From a virus (Duplodnaviria > Caudoviricetes), in IMG/VR virus record IMGVR_UViG_3300011114_000231, positions 1 to 56,938 of that record: 56,938 nt of DNA. The stretch is one strand, 5' to 3'. The translations under genes and the position numbers were made by a program. Shown here in pieces: positions 46,521-55,449 of this stretch (position 1 is its first letter; each line of letters begins with the position of its first letter). The notes beneath the pieces are model-generated. The model saw only the letters and a program-made list of their open reading frames with translations, did not search any database and was not told where the DNA came from.

Positions 46521-47210
46521 TCACACAATGGTCCATGTTGACCCAGTAGGGATTGTAACAGTTACCCCACCATTGATAGTAATTGGGCCAGCAGTCATAG
46601 CGTTCCAGCTACCTGTCTTACTGCCGCCAATAGAGTAATCAGTTGTAACAGTCGTCTGGTTCTCCCAGAAAATCTGATCAGTACCAGCGCCTGATGCACC
46701 ACTACCTACTGCCGACCATACGGACCCATTATACCCTTCAAACGAAGAGTTTGTGGTATTGAATCTAATCATACCTGGCAGTGAGATACCGCCTGATGGC
46801 TGCTGAGCAGTAGTACCTGCTGGCAAGCGAATAGCATCTGTAGCGGTTATATCTACGGAAACGACTGGCGTTGTCTTACCAATGCCAAGTTTACCGGTAC
46901 TGTCCACTACGACTGGAGAGGAATCTGGGTTAGCAGAATCCTCAATGAGAATGGCATTACCTGCACCAGTCTGAGTGACCCTAAGTGCGGTACTAGCCGA
47001 TGCCACGGACACTACGGTTGCACCTGTAAGAGTGCCGCCAGTTAGCGGAAGAAACGTGGATGTGAGATCAGTAGCAAGAGCAAGAGATAGCTGACTGCGG
47101 GTGATACGTTTAGTTGTATCTTCGCTAGTATCAAAGATAACCAGGCTATCGTCACTTGATGACGCAGCGCCTGTAAGCGGATCAAGACCTGGAATACGTT
47201 TAGCTGTCAT
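46521..47210 (-). CDS. Fibre-like protein
   Basis: LPLTGGTLTG, LP.GTTAQ.P, GMIRFNT...FEGY, AGPITI...VT...GS.W. Confidence 0.75.
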   Translation of the reverse strand: MTAKRIPGLDPLTGAASSSDDSLVIFDTSEDTTKRITRSQLSLALATDLTSTFLPLTGGTLTGATVVSVASASTALRVTQTGAGNAILIEDSANPDSSPVVVDSTGKLGIGKTTPVVSVDITATDAIRLPAGTTAQQPSGGISLPGMIRFNTTNSSFEGYNGSVWSAVGSGASGAGTDQIFWENQTTVTTDYSIGGSKTGSWNAMTAGPITINGGVTVTIPTGSTWTIV

Positions 47211-47226
47211 CTCAGACTCCTATGGG

Positions 47227-47250
47227 AAAAGCAGGGGTCGTAACCCCTGC
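47227..47250 (-). terminator. Intrinsic terminator after the head genes
   Basis: GCAGGGG-ttacga-CCCCTGC followed by TTTT on the minus strand. Confidence 0.6.
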
Positions 47251-47257
47251 CTTATTT

Positions 47258-47626
47258 TTACGAAGCCATAACTACCCAGTTAGTGCCGTCGCTAACAAGT
47301 TCAACCCAAGCCCCAGCAGAAGCGGCAAGGATTGCCGTACCTGCGGTAGCGGAGCCAATGGGAACTACGTTGCTAGACGCAGACACAACAGTAAACGCAG
47401 CAATAGTCTTGATAGTAAGAGCACGACCAGGAGCCGAAGAAGCCGCTGGAAGCGTCACAGTGATAGAAGCCGTACCATTGCACACAATGAAACGGTCAGT
47501 AGATGCTACTGTGAACGATGCAGTCTTTGTAACAGGTGCTGCACCGGTAACAGTCAGGGTATTGAGGGTAGCTTTTCCGCTGTTAATGATAACATTATCC
47601 AACGCAACGCCAGTATAAAGACCCAT
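47258..47626 (-). CDS. Putative head decoration/fibre protein
   Basis: ITVTLPAA...GR..TIK...LVSDGTNW; AGGAGG RBS. Confidence 0.7.
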   Translation of the reverse strand: MGLYTGVALDNVIINSGKATLNTLTVTGAAPVTKTASFTVASTDRFIVCNGTASITVTLPAASSAPGRALTIKTIAAFTVVSASSNVVPIGSATAGTAILAASAGAWVELVSDGTNWVVMAS

Positions 47627-47637
47627 TTCTGCCTCCT

Positions 47638-47665
47638 AAAAAGGAGGTGGGGCCAAAGCCCCACC
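47638..47665 (-). terminator. Terminator-like hairpin after the capsid decoration gene
   Basis: GGTGGGGC-tttg-GCCCCACC then tccTTTTT. Confidence 0.5.
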
Positions 47666-47668
47666 GTT

Positions 47669-48136
47669 TTATGCGCTAGGAATGGTACCGAGATCGGCAC
47701 CCAGGTTAATAACAGCGATAGACACCTTCATGCTGGCAACGTCAATGCTGTTGGTATTGACAGTCATCACAATGTTGGTGTTAGCCGTAGTGTACGCTGG
47801 AGTAGTAGCAGCGGCAGTCGTCAGGGCAGCAGCGTTCAGGTTGAACGCCGAAGCGAACAACGTAGTAGAACCTGTGATACCAAGGTCAACAGTACCGGTT
47901 GCGCCTTCTGCAGTGATCAGCGTAGCACCGCCACCCAGGATGAGAGCACCTTTCGGGATCACACCAAGAACGAGAGTGTCGGTAGAAGCCAGAGCTGCTA
48001 CACCTGCTGCAGAACGTGCTGCTGCAATCTTAGCGAAATCAACGGTGATTTCGTAGACTGTGACACGGTTCGTATAAGGAGCTGTAAAGCCAGCGGAACC
48101 CTTATTGAACCCATAGGAATCGGTATATGCGGTCAT
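47669..48136 (-). CDS. Capsid decoration/cement protein
   Basis: Immediately after the MCP; IPKGA.I..G...T...A.G.VDLG pattern. Confidence 0.7.
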   Translation of the reverse strand: MTAYTDSYGFNKGSAGFTAPYTNRVTVYEITVDFAKIAAARSAAGVAALASTDTLVLGVIPKGALILGGGATLITAEGATGTVDLGITGSTTLFASAFNLNAAALTTAAATTPAYTTANTNIVMTVNTNSIDVASMKVSIAVINLGADLGTIPSA

Positions 48137-48148
48137 AATAGGTTCTCC

Positions 48149-49075
48149 TTATGCGAAGGTGCAAACAGCTTGTGCGAGGGCTTCAGGCTTCACAACCTTA
48201 TAGCCATACACCTGCAAGCCACGGATGATGTCACCGAAGGTGGTTTCCGAACGAATGGTTTCCATCTCAGTCATCTGAGAAGCAAACGTCAGACCCATCT
48301 TAGTGCCAGCGACAAGGCTGTACTTAGCGGACGAAACGTTGAGGTTGTGGCTCACATAGAGAGTGAAACGATCAACCATACCGAGACGACCATTGCGGAT
48401 TGGCGACATGCTGTCACCAGTGATGGAAGCGTCCTTCAGTTCCGACTTCTTGATCAGACCAGCCATACGGGCAGGAATGACAACGAAGCGACCCTGCTCA
48501 GGGCAGTTGGCTTCATCAAGAACGGTACCCAGATCGACGAGAAGGTCAACCACGGAGGTCGTGCCACCAGCGCCGTCCTTAGTGACGGTAAGCGGAGAAG
48601 CAGTAGTACCGAGGTTGAACGCGCCAGACTGCTGACCAGCGGTAGCACCCTTGTTGTAGGTACCAATGTCAGGCAGCATGTCGGTCAGAACGCGCTGGTC
48701 GATTTTGATCTTCATCTGCTCGGAAGCATCTTTAGACCACATATCCATCAGCTTAACATCCGACTGGACTTTATCAATGTCGTCCTCAACGCAAGCGAAG
48801 TACTCGCCCTTGTCGATGAGCAGCTGCAGCTTTGGCTTATCTGGGTTTTCGACAACGAGATTCTGACCCTTCACGTAATCACGGATCGTGATGTTTGGCT
48901 GGGTACGAATGTTAACAGTGTCACCCTGATTGCGGATTTCACCTTCGTAGTCGGTGTTGGAGATAGCAGCCAACACGGTTGCATCGTAGAAGTTTTCGAT
49001 CAATTTGCCGGACCAAATTTCGGGGATGAAGTTACCCGAATAATTGGGACGGCCTGGTGCGACAGGATACGCCAT
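48149..49075 (-). CDS. Major capsid protein (HK97 fold, P22/T7-like)
   Basis: FIPEIWSG, NTDYEGEI..QGDTVNI, GLQVYGYKVVKPEAL; follows scaffold. Confidence 0.92.
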   Translation of the reverse strand: MAYPVAPGRPNYSGNFIPEIWSGKLIENFYDATVLAAISNTDYEGEIRNQGDTVNIRTQPNITIRDYVKGQNLVVENPDKPKLQLLIDKGEYFACVEDDIDKVQSDVKLMDMWSKDASEQMKIKIDQRVLTDMLPDIGTYNKGATAGQQSGAFNLGTTASPLTVTKDGAGGTTSVVDLLVDLGTVLDEANCPEQGRFVVIPARMAGLIKKSELKDASITGDSMSPIRNGRLGMVDRFTLYVSHNLNVSSAKYSLVAGTKMGLTFASQMTEMETIRSETTFGDIIRGLQVYGYKVVKPEALAQAVCTFA

Positions 49076-49090
49076 GGTTTTTAACTCCGT

Positions 49091-50083
49091 TTAACCGTTA
49101 GCGACTATGCGATTTTCCCGCTGTGCGGAGAAAATATCGCGTTCGATTCGGTCGCGTTCAGCTTCCTTACCCTTAAAAGCACCCTTCCGAACATCATCAA
49201 AGAACTTAGCAATGTCCTTTGACGAGTAAGTCTTAGCCTGTTGTTCTGCAGGAGCACTGCCCCCACGGCTACGACCTGGAGATACTTGCTTATCGAGTTC
49301 GGACGCTGCTGCGTTCCGAGGTGATTGAGCAACAAGTTGGCCATTAATGTCCTGCCAAGTGTAGAAGAACGAAGCCACGCGCCTAACATCCATGTTACGC
49401 TGAGCGTCCTCAAGATATGTCTGACGGGAGATTCCTGTCAGCGGATCAATCTCAAGTAACCAGTTCTGGAAGTTTCTGTCTGCGTTAACTTCTTTCCACT
49501 GAGGGAAAGCCGCCGACAAGTCATACCAGAAACTCTGCTCTGCGCTAACTGCCTGCCTATGGGCTACCTGTTCAACCTTTGGAACTACGCTAGTCTGCAC
49601 CTGACGAATCATGTGCTCCAGTTCTGCGATGCGATTTTGGTAAACCGCAGTCTCTTCTTTAGTCACGCGCCGCATGACATCAATGGAGTCGCCGTATTCC
49701 TCAACGTCTTTATCAGTAACAATTCTATCAAGCGTCTGCTGCTGTTGGGCAGGTTGGCTTGCCATAGTAGACAGCAACTGTTCTAGTTGCGATAACCTAT
49801 TGTTCAACTGCTGATTTTCCATCCGAAGACGGGCAGTATCAGCGTTGTACATGCCTTGCAGAGTACGGTATCTCTGCTCAGCCGTGTCTTCCGACCCAGT
49901 GTCCGAACGCGCTTGCTCGTTACGCTTGGACTCAGGTGCAACTTTCTCGGCACTGTTGGCTTGCGAAGTCTGCTCTTGTGTTTCGCCCGCTGCTTCTACT
50001 TTAGCTTCAGCGTCGGCGTTAACATCTTCGTACAGTTTTGCGATAGCCTCAGACTGACGACGAACTTGCTCTGGAATAGCCAT
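49091..50083 (-). CDS. Capsid scaffolding protein
   Basis: Acidic/coiled coil, RYRTLQGMY; position between portal and MCP. Confidence 0.8.
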   Translation of the reverse strand: MAIPEQVRRQSEAIAKLYEDVNADAEAKVEAAGETQEQTSQANSAEKVAPESKRNEQARSDTGSEDTAEQRYRTLQGMYNADTARLRMENQQLNNRLSQLEQLLSTMASQPAQQQQTLDRIVTDKDVEEYGDSIDVMRRVTKEETAVYQNRIAELEHMIRQVQTSVVPKVEQVAHRQAVSAEQSFWYDLSAAFPQWKEVNADRNFQNWLLEIDPLTGISRQTYLEDAQRNMDVRRVASFFYTWQDINGQLVAQSPRNAAASELDKQVSPGRSRGGSAPAEQQAKTYSSKDIAKFFDDVRKGAFKGKEAERDRIERDIFSAQRENRIVANG

Positions 50084-50127
50084 TAGAACGCTCCTCTCGG
50101 TATGCGTAGGTTAAAAGGTCAGCTACC

Positions 50128-50349
50128 TCAGCGAGGTTTTGCTGTTAGTTCTGGTGAATCTTGTAATAACTTATATAGCTCTGTCAAGACCTGACAACGA
50201 CCTTGTGCCACTTGAACACTAGAATTACCTGCGTTTGGTAGCTGTCTAAGTTCGTGTTGGTACCAATTCTGCACCCAATCAGTGAATACAGGATTGTACT
50301 TAGCTACATTTGCTATGGCTGCAACTTGCTCTGGGGTAGGCCGAATCAT
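50128..50349 (-). CDS. Small conserved protein after the portal (Bbp19-like)
   Basis: AQGRCQVL motif and position. Confidence 0.6.
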   Translation of the reverse strand: MIRPTPEQVAAIANVAKYNPVFTDWVQNWYQHELRQLPNAGNSSVQVAQGRCQVLTELYKLLQDSPELTAKPR

Positions 50350-52427
50350 GCTGCCCCTGTTTGCTGGTTGCTCACCGTATTCATACCACCTGCAGGTCCA
50401 CCTGACATACTCACCTTAGCTGGTGCAGCCTGCTGTCCTTGAGGGCCAGCCTGTGGCTGTTGTGGTTGCTGTTGCTGCTGAGCTTGTGCCTGCAGCTGCT
50501 TTAACTGTGTGGTATAGTTTAACTTATCACGGCTGGGTACGATCTGGTCTACAGGCATCTGCAGACCTTTAGCCACTTCACGGAGGATAGCAGCGCGACC
50601 ATCAATACCAATGATGCTCATATCTACTTCGTTGCCGGTAGCATTAAGGAACTCGACACGGCGAACGTTGACAGTCTCACGAACAGCAAGGTTAGTAGCG
50701 CCACGTGGAATAATCTGCAGATCACCCTTGATCTCGTCGTCTGGATCGTACCGCATGTTGTACACAAACTGACGTTCAACAATCGGTTTAGTGATGTCCA
50801 TGTCAATATGCATGACAACCTGGCGGATACCCTTACCAGCTGACCCCATGAGCATGGAAAGCCCAGACGCAGTACGACCTGCACCCTGCACGTTGGTATC
50901 ACCATAGATGTAAGCAGGGATACCGGAGTGGTCATCAGCCATGCGGCTGAACTTTTCATACACAGCCATCAGAGTGGTGGAGTTATCAGTAGGCTGATTG
51001 AACCGCACAGCTGGCGCAGAAGAGCCAAGCGGGTCATTCAAGACCTGCCAAATCTTCCACGGATGCATTTGTGTGATGTCTTCGTTAGGAGGTATGCGTT
51101 CTAGATTGACTTCGACCTGGGGACCAGACGCAATCCCCATGTTATTAACCAATGCACGAGCAGAAGCATTACAAATACTCTGTAAATCTTCGATAATTTC
51201 GGGGATAGACCGACCCCAAAATGCGCCTGGCATCTTAATAAACGAGGTTTTTGCGTAGGGTTTTTCGCCCAATGGGTCATAGTTTAGGATAGATTTGATG
51301 ATATAATTGCCTACCATCCACACATTTGCGTCGTATTCGCGGTCCTCATCAGGGATTTCCTCTTCAGTCATACCCCATTCGCGCAACATTCTGCCGCTGA
51401 CTTTGCCCCAGAACTCAAGCGCATCATACAAATCAGTCGGACGCATCTCGGTATAGAACTTACGCTCTTCCTGTTCGCGCTCGATATAGGTAGTATCAGC
51501 TACCCACGACTGAGATGGACCTTCCTCAAGAACTTTGCGAACAGCCTGATCATCGTAACCGGGAGCACCGATAAGATCAGCCAGATCAGTACGGGTCAAC
51601 TTATGGTGCTCAAACAAATACCCATCATTGATGCGGGTAATGCCAGGCTCAGGATACATATTAAACGGACTAACACGCTCAAACTCAGGAGCAAGCCGTT
51701 CTGCTGGTTCTACCAGCATTTTGCCGTCAGGACCACGATTATAGATTAGATGCCGCTGGCGGCGTACCACTGGCCCTTTAACAAACGCACAAGGGAACGT
51801 CACAAGATCAGTGATAAACTCATTGAACGCATCGACCCAGCCACCTTGGGCAAACTGATCATCAATGCGAATCTTCATACGCTCGGCACGGTTAGTAGCC
51901 GCCTGCAAGAGTTTGAACCTGAACTCCTGCTGTACAAGTTCTTTCATCTCAAGCATCTGAGCTTTAGACGGTGCCTGCCCAGTTGACTGGATCATCTGCA
52001 TCACCTGCTCGGCAAATGCGGACTTCACTTGATCCATTTGGTCTGGGGATAAATCAGGGATTGGCGTTGGCTGAATATCCCACGGAGGGGTACCAGCATC
52101 CAAGAGAATGTCACGCAGCCAGCTCTCAGCGGCTCGGCACTTGATCTCGGTCAACATCATATAGACATCTGACCCGCCTTGATCACGGATAGCTTTCAGT
52201 TTATCAGGATCATACTCCCCGTTACGCTGACGCATTGCGCGTAGCATAATCTGTTCGATTGGCTGTTTGGCAATACGTGCTGCATCCCAGCACTCACGCA
52301 AATAAGCGCCTAGCCCAAGGAGAACATCACTCTGCTGCCTGGCTTGAAGTTCAGCATCCAGCCTTTGCTTCTCAGCACGATCAAGTTGTTCGTTGCTTAC
52401 AACACGCAAAACGCTGAGACCAGCCAT
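50346..52427 (-). CDS. Portal protein
   Basis: 693 aa; RTASGLSMLM, EFWG, Gln-rich tail; between terminase and scaffold. Confidence 0.9.
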   Translation of the reverse strand: MAGLSVLRVVSNEQLDRAEKQRLDAELQARQQSDVLLGLGAYLRECWDAARIAKQPIEQIMLRAMRQRNGEYDPDKLKAIRDQGGSDVYMMLTEIKCRAAESWLRDILLDAGTPPWDIQPTPIPDLSPDQMDQVKSAFAEQVMQMIQSTGQAPSKAQMLEMKELVQQEFRFKLLQAATNRAERMKIRIDDQFAQGGWVDAFNEFITDLVTFPCAFVKGPVVRRQRHLIYNRGPDGKMLVEPAERLAPEFERVSPFNMYPEPGITRINDGYLFEHHKLTRTDLADLIGAPGYDDQAVRKVLEEGPSQSWVADTTYIEREQEERKFYTEMRPTDLYDALEFWGKVSGRMLREWGMTEEEIPDEDREYDANVWMVGNYIIKSILNYDPLGEKPYAKTSFIKMPGAFWGRSIPEIIEDLQSICNASARALVNNMGIASGPQVEVNLERIPPNEDITQMHPWKIWQVLNDPLGSSAPAVRFNQPTDNSTTLMAVYEKFSRMADDHSGIPAYIYGDTNVQGAGRTASGLSMLMGSAGKGIRQVVMHIDMDITKPIVERQFVYNMRYDPDDEIKGDLQIIPRGATNLAVRETVNVRRVEFLNATGNEVDMSIIGIDGRAAILREVAKGLQMPVDQIVPSRDKLNYTTQLKQLQAQAQQQQQPQQPQAGPQGQQAAPAKVSMSGGPAGGMNTVSNQQTGAA

Positions 52428-52429
52428 GC

Positions 52430-52780
52430 TTATCCCCTCAGAGTCAGGATTACGTTAATGCTATTACCTGTACCGGCTGTCACGACTGGCTTGAGATATG
52501 CCGCGCTAGACTGAAACTCAAAGATAGCTGCGGCTGTAGCACTGAGTGCCGTACCAGCAGCAGACCGGTCCTTCATAGCAAAGAACGTCGTATTGTCATT
52601 AGATGAGTTAAGCGCAACGGTAGCGCCACCAAAAGTACCTGAAATCTGTACTGCAGCGTTACGAGCCTGCCCATCGCGCACAGCAAATGCAACAAGAGTA
52701 TCACCAGTAACAATGCCAGACCAGATTACGTAAGGCACACCGTCTGCGGTCACTTTAACCGAGGGGGTAACTGTCGCCAT
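52430..52780 (-). CDS. Hypothetical beta-rich structural protein
   Basis: VQISGTFGGATV....SND pattern; AGGAGG RBS. Confidence 0.75.
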   Translation of the reverse strand: MATVTPSVKVTADGVPYVIWSGIVTGDTLVAFAVRDGQARNAAVQISGTFGGATVALNSSNDNTTFFAMKDRSAAGTALSATAAAIFEFQSSAAYLKPVVTAGTGNSINVILTLRG

Positions 52781-52808
52781 GGAAATCCTCCTATTGCGCG
52801 ATTAGCGA

Positions 52809-52837
52809 ACAATAGACCAAATTACATAATATCGCAA
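52809..52837 (-). promoter_or_regulatory. Promoter for the portal/head operon
   Basis: TTGCGA-N17-TATTGT on the minus strand. Confidence 0.55.
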
Positions 52838-52842
52838 CACCA

Positions 52843-52919
52843 TAAAAAGGTTCCCTGTGCGGATGGGCTTAGCACAGGGAACCAAGTCTGGGAGTGGAGC
52901 AGGGCGGGGAGAACGCCCT
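52843..52919 (-). ncRNA. Putative small regulatory RNA, MmgR/suhB-like
   Basis: 5' hairpin AGGGCG-UUCUCCC-CGCCCU, single-stranded CUCCACUCCCAGACUU, 12-bp terminator stem plus U5; own promoter upstream. Confidence 0.65.
52844..52883 (-). terminator. Intrinsic terminator
   Basis: GGTTCCCTGTGC / GCACAGGGAACC 12-bp stem followed by TTTTT. Confidence 0.85.
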
Positions 52920-52924
52920 GAGTC

Positions 52925-52953
52925 AATATGGCACAACATAACACGCTGTGCAA
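52925..52953 (-). promoter_or_regulatory. Promoter for the putative sRNA
   Basis: TTGCAC (52953-52948), N17 ending TGc, CATATT (52930-52925). Confidence 0.6.
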
Positions 52954-52954
52954 G

Positions 52955-53392
52955 TTAGAATTTCCTAGAGTATCCAATGCTCAACGAGTGACTAGCCTTA
53001 CCCTCTTCTTTGTTTCGCCCATATGTGAGCGACACATTAGAGTCATTACCCAAGTCACGGCTAACAGATACTTCGTTAACGCCGCCGCGAGTGATGTTCT
53101 TATTACCCGATGGTGTCTGCACTTTGACCTTAGAGTAATCTACACCCACGCCAATATTATAGTCCCCAACAGGAATGTTCACGTTGCCACCACCGGCTAC
53201 GCCTGAAATCCTGCTAGTATTTCCAGGGCCAGAAGTTCCAGATGGAATAGACCCACCGCTAACAGAAACAGACTGCCCGCCAGAATCTTCTTCGGAGGAA
53301 TTATCACTCTCGACAACCCCGCCCTTCTTATAGGACTTGAGCTTGCCGCTGCTGCAAACCCGCGACAGTGACTTGTTAGAATAGGTTTTCAT
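52955..53392 (-). CDS. Hypothetical protein with YKKGG motif and amphipathic beta-strand C-terminus
   Basis: GGAGG RBS before MKTYS; ends SLSIGYSRKF. Confidence 0.7.
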   Translation of the reverse strand: MKTYSNKSLSRVCSSGKLKSYKKGGVVESDNSSEEDSGGQSVSVSGGSIPSGTSGPGNTSRISGVAGGGNVNIPVGDYNIGVGVDYSKVKVQTPSGNKNITRGGVNEVSVSRDLGNDSNVSLTYGRNKEEGKASHSLSIGYSRKF

Positions 53393-53421
53393 GCCAACCT
53401 CCGTGTGATATGCTACGCATA

Positions 53422-54810
53422 TCATGTCCAACCAAACGAAGCAATCGGCTTAATATCCCTACGTGTCACGACATACCCACCATCACTCACGGTAGAAATA
53501 TGCAACATAAGATACTGAAGTGCCTCGGCTACGTGACTGTGTTTGTTCTTATCAATGTCACTGTCGCCCTTGGGCTTGAACCTGTACCCACCCATCATGG
53601 CAGCTTTAAGCTGAGTGCAACTAGGGTCCACAAGGAACGCAGGGTCACCGTCAACCTGCCGCATCAGGTAGTCGTCAACGGAGCTTATCCGCGCAGACAC
53701 GTTGTTGGTCTTAGCCGGTATTACTTTGAACCCTTCAGCTTTAATAATATCGACTGCGCTCCGTTCGTCGGTCTGCGCCCTCTGAACCCCAGCCGGGTCA
53801 GTTACTATAAGGACTGGTGCGCCGCTGAACTTCTCGAAGAGCAACGGTTTCAAAATCGTCCTTACGAAACGCTGTATCCCCATGTCAAAGCTTACAGCCT
53901 CCGCTAGCACTAGTGCGCGACCACGCGCATCCTGCTGACCGATGACCGCAGCTGGCGTTAGCCCCAAGTCCATCCCGATCACGATGGGACGAACCCCTGT
54001 TGATATATAACGCAACTTCTCCTTAGCCATGTGGTAGTCCGGCCTAAAGTATTTATACACAGGCATACCGGCAGAACTCAGTCCATACTCACCGTCGATG
54101 TACACGCGGATATACTCTTCCGACCGACCCTGTGTATCGTAGTATCCCTCTGGCAAGTTCTCGATATTCTCAGCTATATGCGTCCGACCGGACGGCTGCT
54201 TGAAAACATCCCACCCATTATTAGCAGGAGACACCCCATCTTTGGGATCAAGCCCCTCCATCTGGTAATACCACCACGTATCCATAGTCGGCGGGTTCGT
54301 ATCACCCCACATTCCATGCCAAGTCGGACCTCCGTCCTTCTTAGACGGGAAACGTCCAATACGCTTTGACATAGCGTCCACAATATCAGGGTGAATGTCT
54401 CTACACTCGTTGAACCAAGCGAACGTCAACTCCAACGAGTTCAAATTTGCCACATCATCCGCGTCATCAAGCGCACGGAACATAATCTCGCACTCAACAT
54501 CCCCTACTTTGAAGAAATATGTCTTGGTTGTGCGCATATAGTCGCCACATTCCCCCGGTGGGAACCAATCCAGGAACGTTTTGATGGTCGTATCCTGCAG
54601 CTGACGCGCAGTTTCGCGCACCACAGCCGCTCTGGTCTTGCGAATCCCGTTTTTGTTGGGCTCCTGCATAGTTGCACGTCGGATAACCTCAAAACTGCAC
54701 GTAACTGACTTGCCAGACCCCACTGGACCCATCAAAACACGCATCTTTTTGTCAGATTTCATGAACTTCTTGCCTGTAGTAGGCGGTGTATAGTCAATTT
54801 CCAGTGCCAT
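53422..54810 (-). CDS. terL: Terminase large subunit
   Basis: Walker A GPVGSGKS, WFNE Walker B, DTNP coupling motif, nuclease GMDLG, DPAG, HSHVAEALQY. Confidence 0.95.
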   Translation of the reverse strand: MALEIDYTPPTTGKKFMKSDKKMRVLMGPVGSGKSVTCSFEVIRRATMQEPNKNGIRKTRAAVVRETARQLQDTTIKTFLDWFPPGECGDYMRTTKTYFFKVGDVECEIMFRALDDADDVANLNSLELTFAWFNECRDIHPDIVDAMSKRIGRFPSKKDGGPTWHGMWGDTNPPTMDTWWYYQMEGLDPKDGVSPANNGWDVFKQPSGRTHIAENIENLPEGYYDTQGRSEEYIRVYIDGEYGLSSAGMPVYKYFRPDYHMAKEKLRYISTGVRPIVIGMDLGLTPAAVIGQQDARGRALVLAEAVSFDMGIQRFVRTILKPLLFEKFSGAPVLIVTDPAGVQRAQTDERSAVDIIKAEGFKVIPAKTNNVSARISSVDDYLMRQVDGDPAFLVDPSCTQLKAAMMGGYRFKPKGDSDIDKNKHSHVAEALQYLMLHISTVSDGGYVVTRRDIKPIASFGWT

Positions 54811-54955
54811 CTGCTACTCCAAGTACGTTAATTACGTAAAATAGACCCTTCTTACGGGTCTTTACTATACGAGTCTGGTAGGAAATGCCCTGTGCAGCCA
54901 GTTTTTTCTCAATTTCCCTGGCTTCTGTGGCACTTCTGACCTCAATCTTCGTCAT
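54794..54955 (-). CDS. Small hypothetical protein
   Basis: Overlaps the terS end and terL start. Confidence 0.55.
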   Translation of the reverse strand: MTKIEVRSATEAREIEKKLAAQGISYQTRIVKTRKKGLFYVINVLGVADGTGN

Positions 54956-55418
54956 CTGCCAACTCTTTTGTAGCAACATGCTCTACAATATTAGCAGAAC
55001 CAAGGGACTCACCACCAAGATTGATCATGATACGTACCCCACCAGCTACACCGGAGTCCCCAGAATCATTCTTAGGCTCAAGACCTGCCCACTTAACAGT
55101 GGATTTTATCAGATCAGCCTTCACTGCGGCGCTTACATCAGGACTATGTATTAACAACCAAGATGTTTTTAGAAGCTCTTCAGCCTGCGACTTAGCCTTC
55201 ATCTTGAAGGTAACGCCCTTATCACGAATCTCGTCGCGGAATGCACCAACCTTCTTGAGGAATATCGGATCACCATTAAACGCAACAAGGTCTGTTGTGG
55301 CTATACCATGACGAGTCATGATCTCCACGATGTCCTCCCCACTACCTTCAAGGCGCAGGGCAATATCAAACGCAAGGCGATCTGACCACTTGGTCGTATC
55401 TAAAAACGTAGCGCTCAT
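54942..55418 (-). CDS. Putative terminase small subunit
   Basis: Helical protein upstream of terL, C-terminal VRIMINLG strand. Confidence 0.65.
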   Translation of the reverse strand: MSATFLDTTKWSDRLAFDIALRLEGSGEDIVEIMTRHGIATTDLVAFNGDPIFLKKVGAFRDEIRDKGVTFKMKAKSQAEELLKTSWLLIHSPDVSAAVKADLIKSTVKWAGLEPKNDSGDSGVAGGVRIMINLGGESLGSANIVEHVATKELADDED

Positions 55419-55449
55419 CCTAGTACATCTCCGTGATTGATGTCTCTAT

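Noticed and set aside
39759-47210. Diversity-generating retroelement or invertible fibre cassette
   Set aside because: No reverse transcriptase, invertase, TR/VR pair or inverted crossover sites were seen
48137-48151. Stop-codon read-through fusing the MCP to the in-frame decoration protein
   Set aside because: The stop is TAA, the 12-nt gap is simply the next gene's RBS, and no recoding signal is visible
47222-49084. 620-aa + strand ORF
   Set aside because: Antisense shadow of three same-frame, codon-biased head genes; unnatural composition and no RBS
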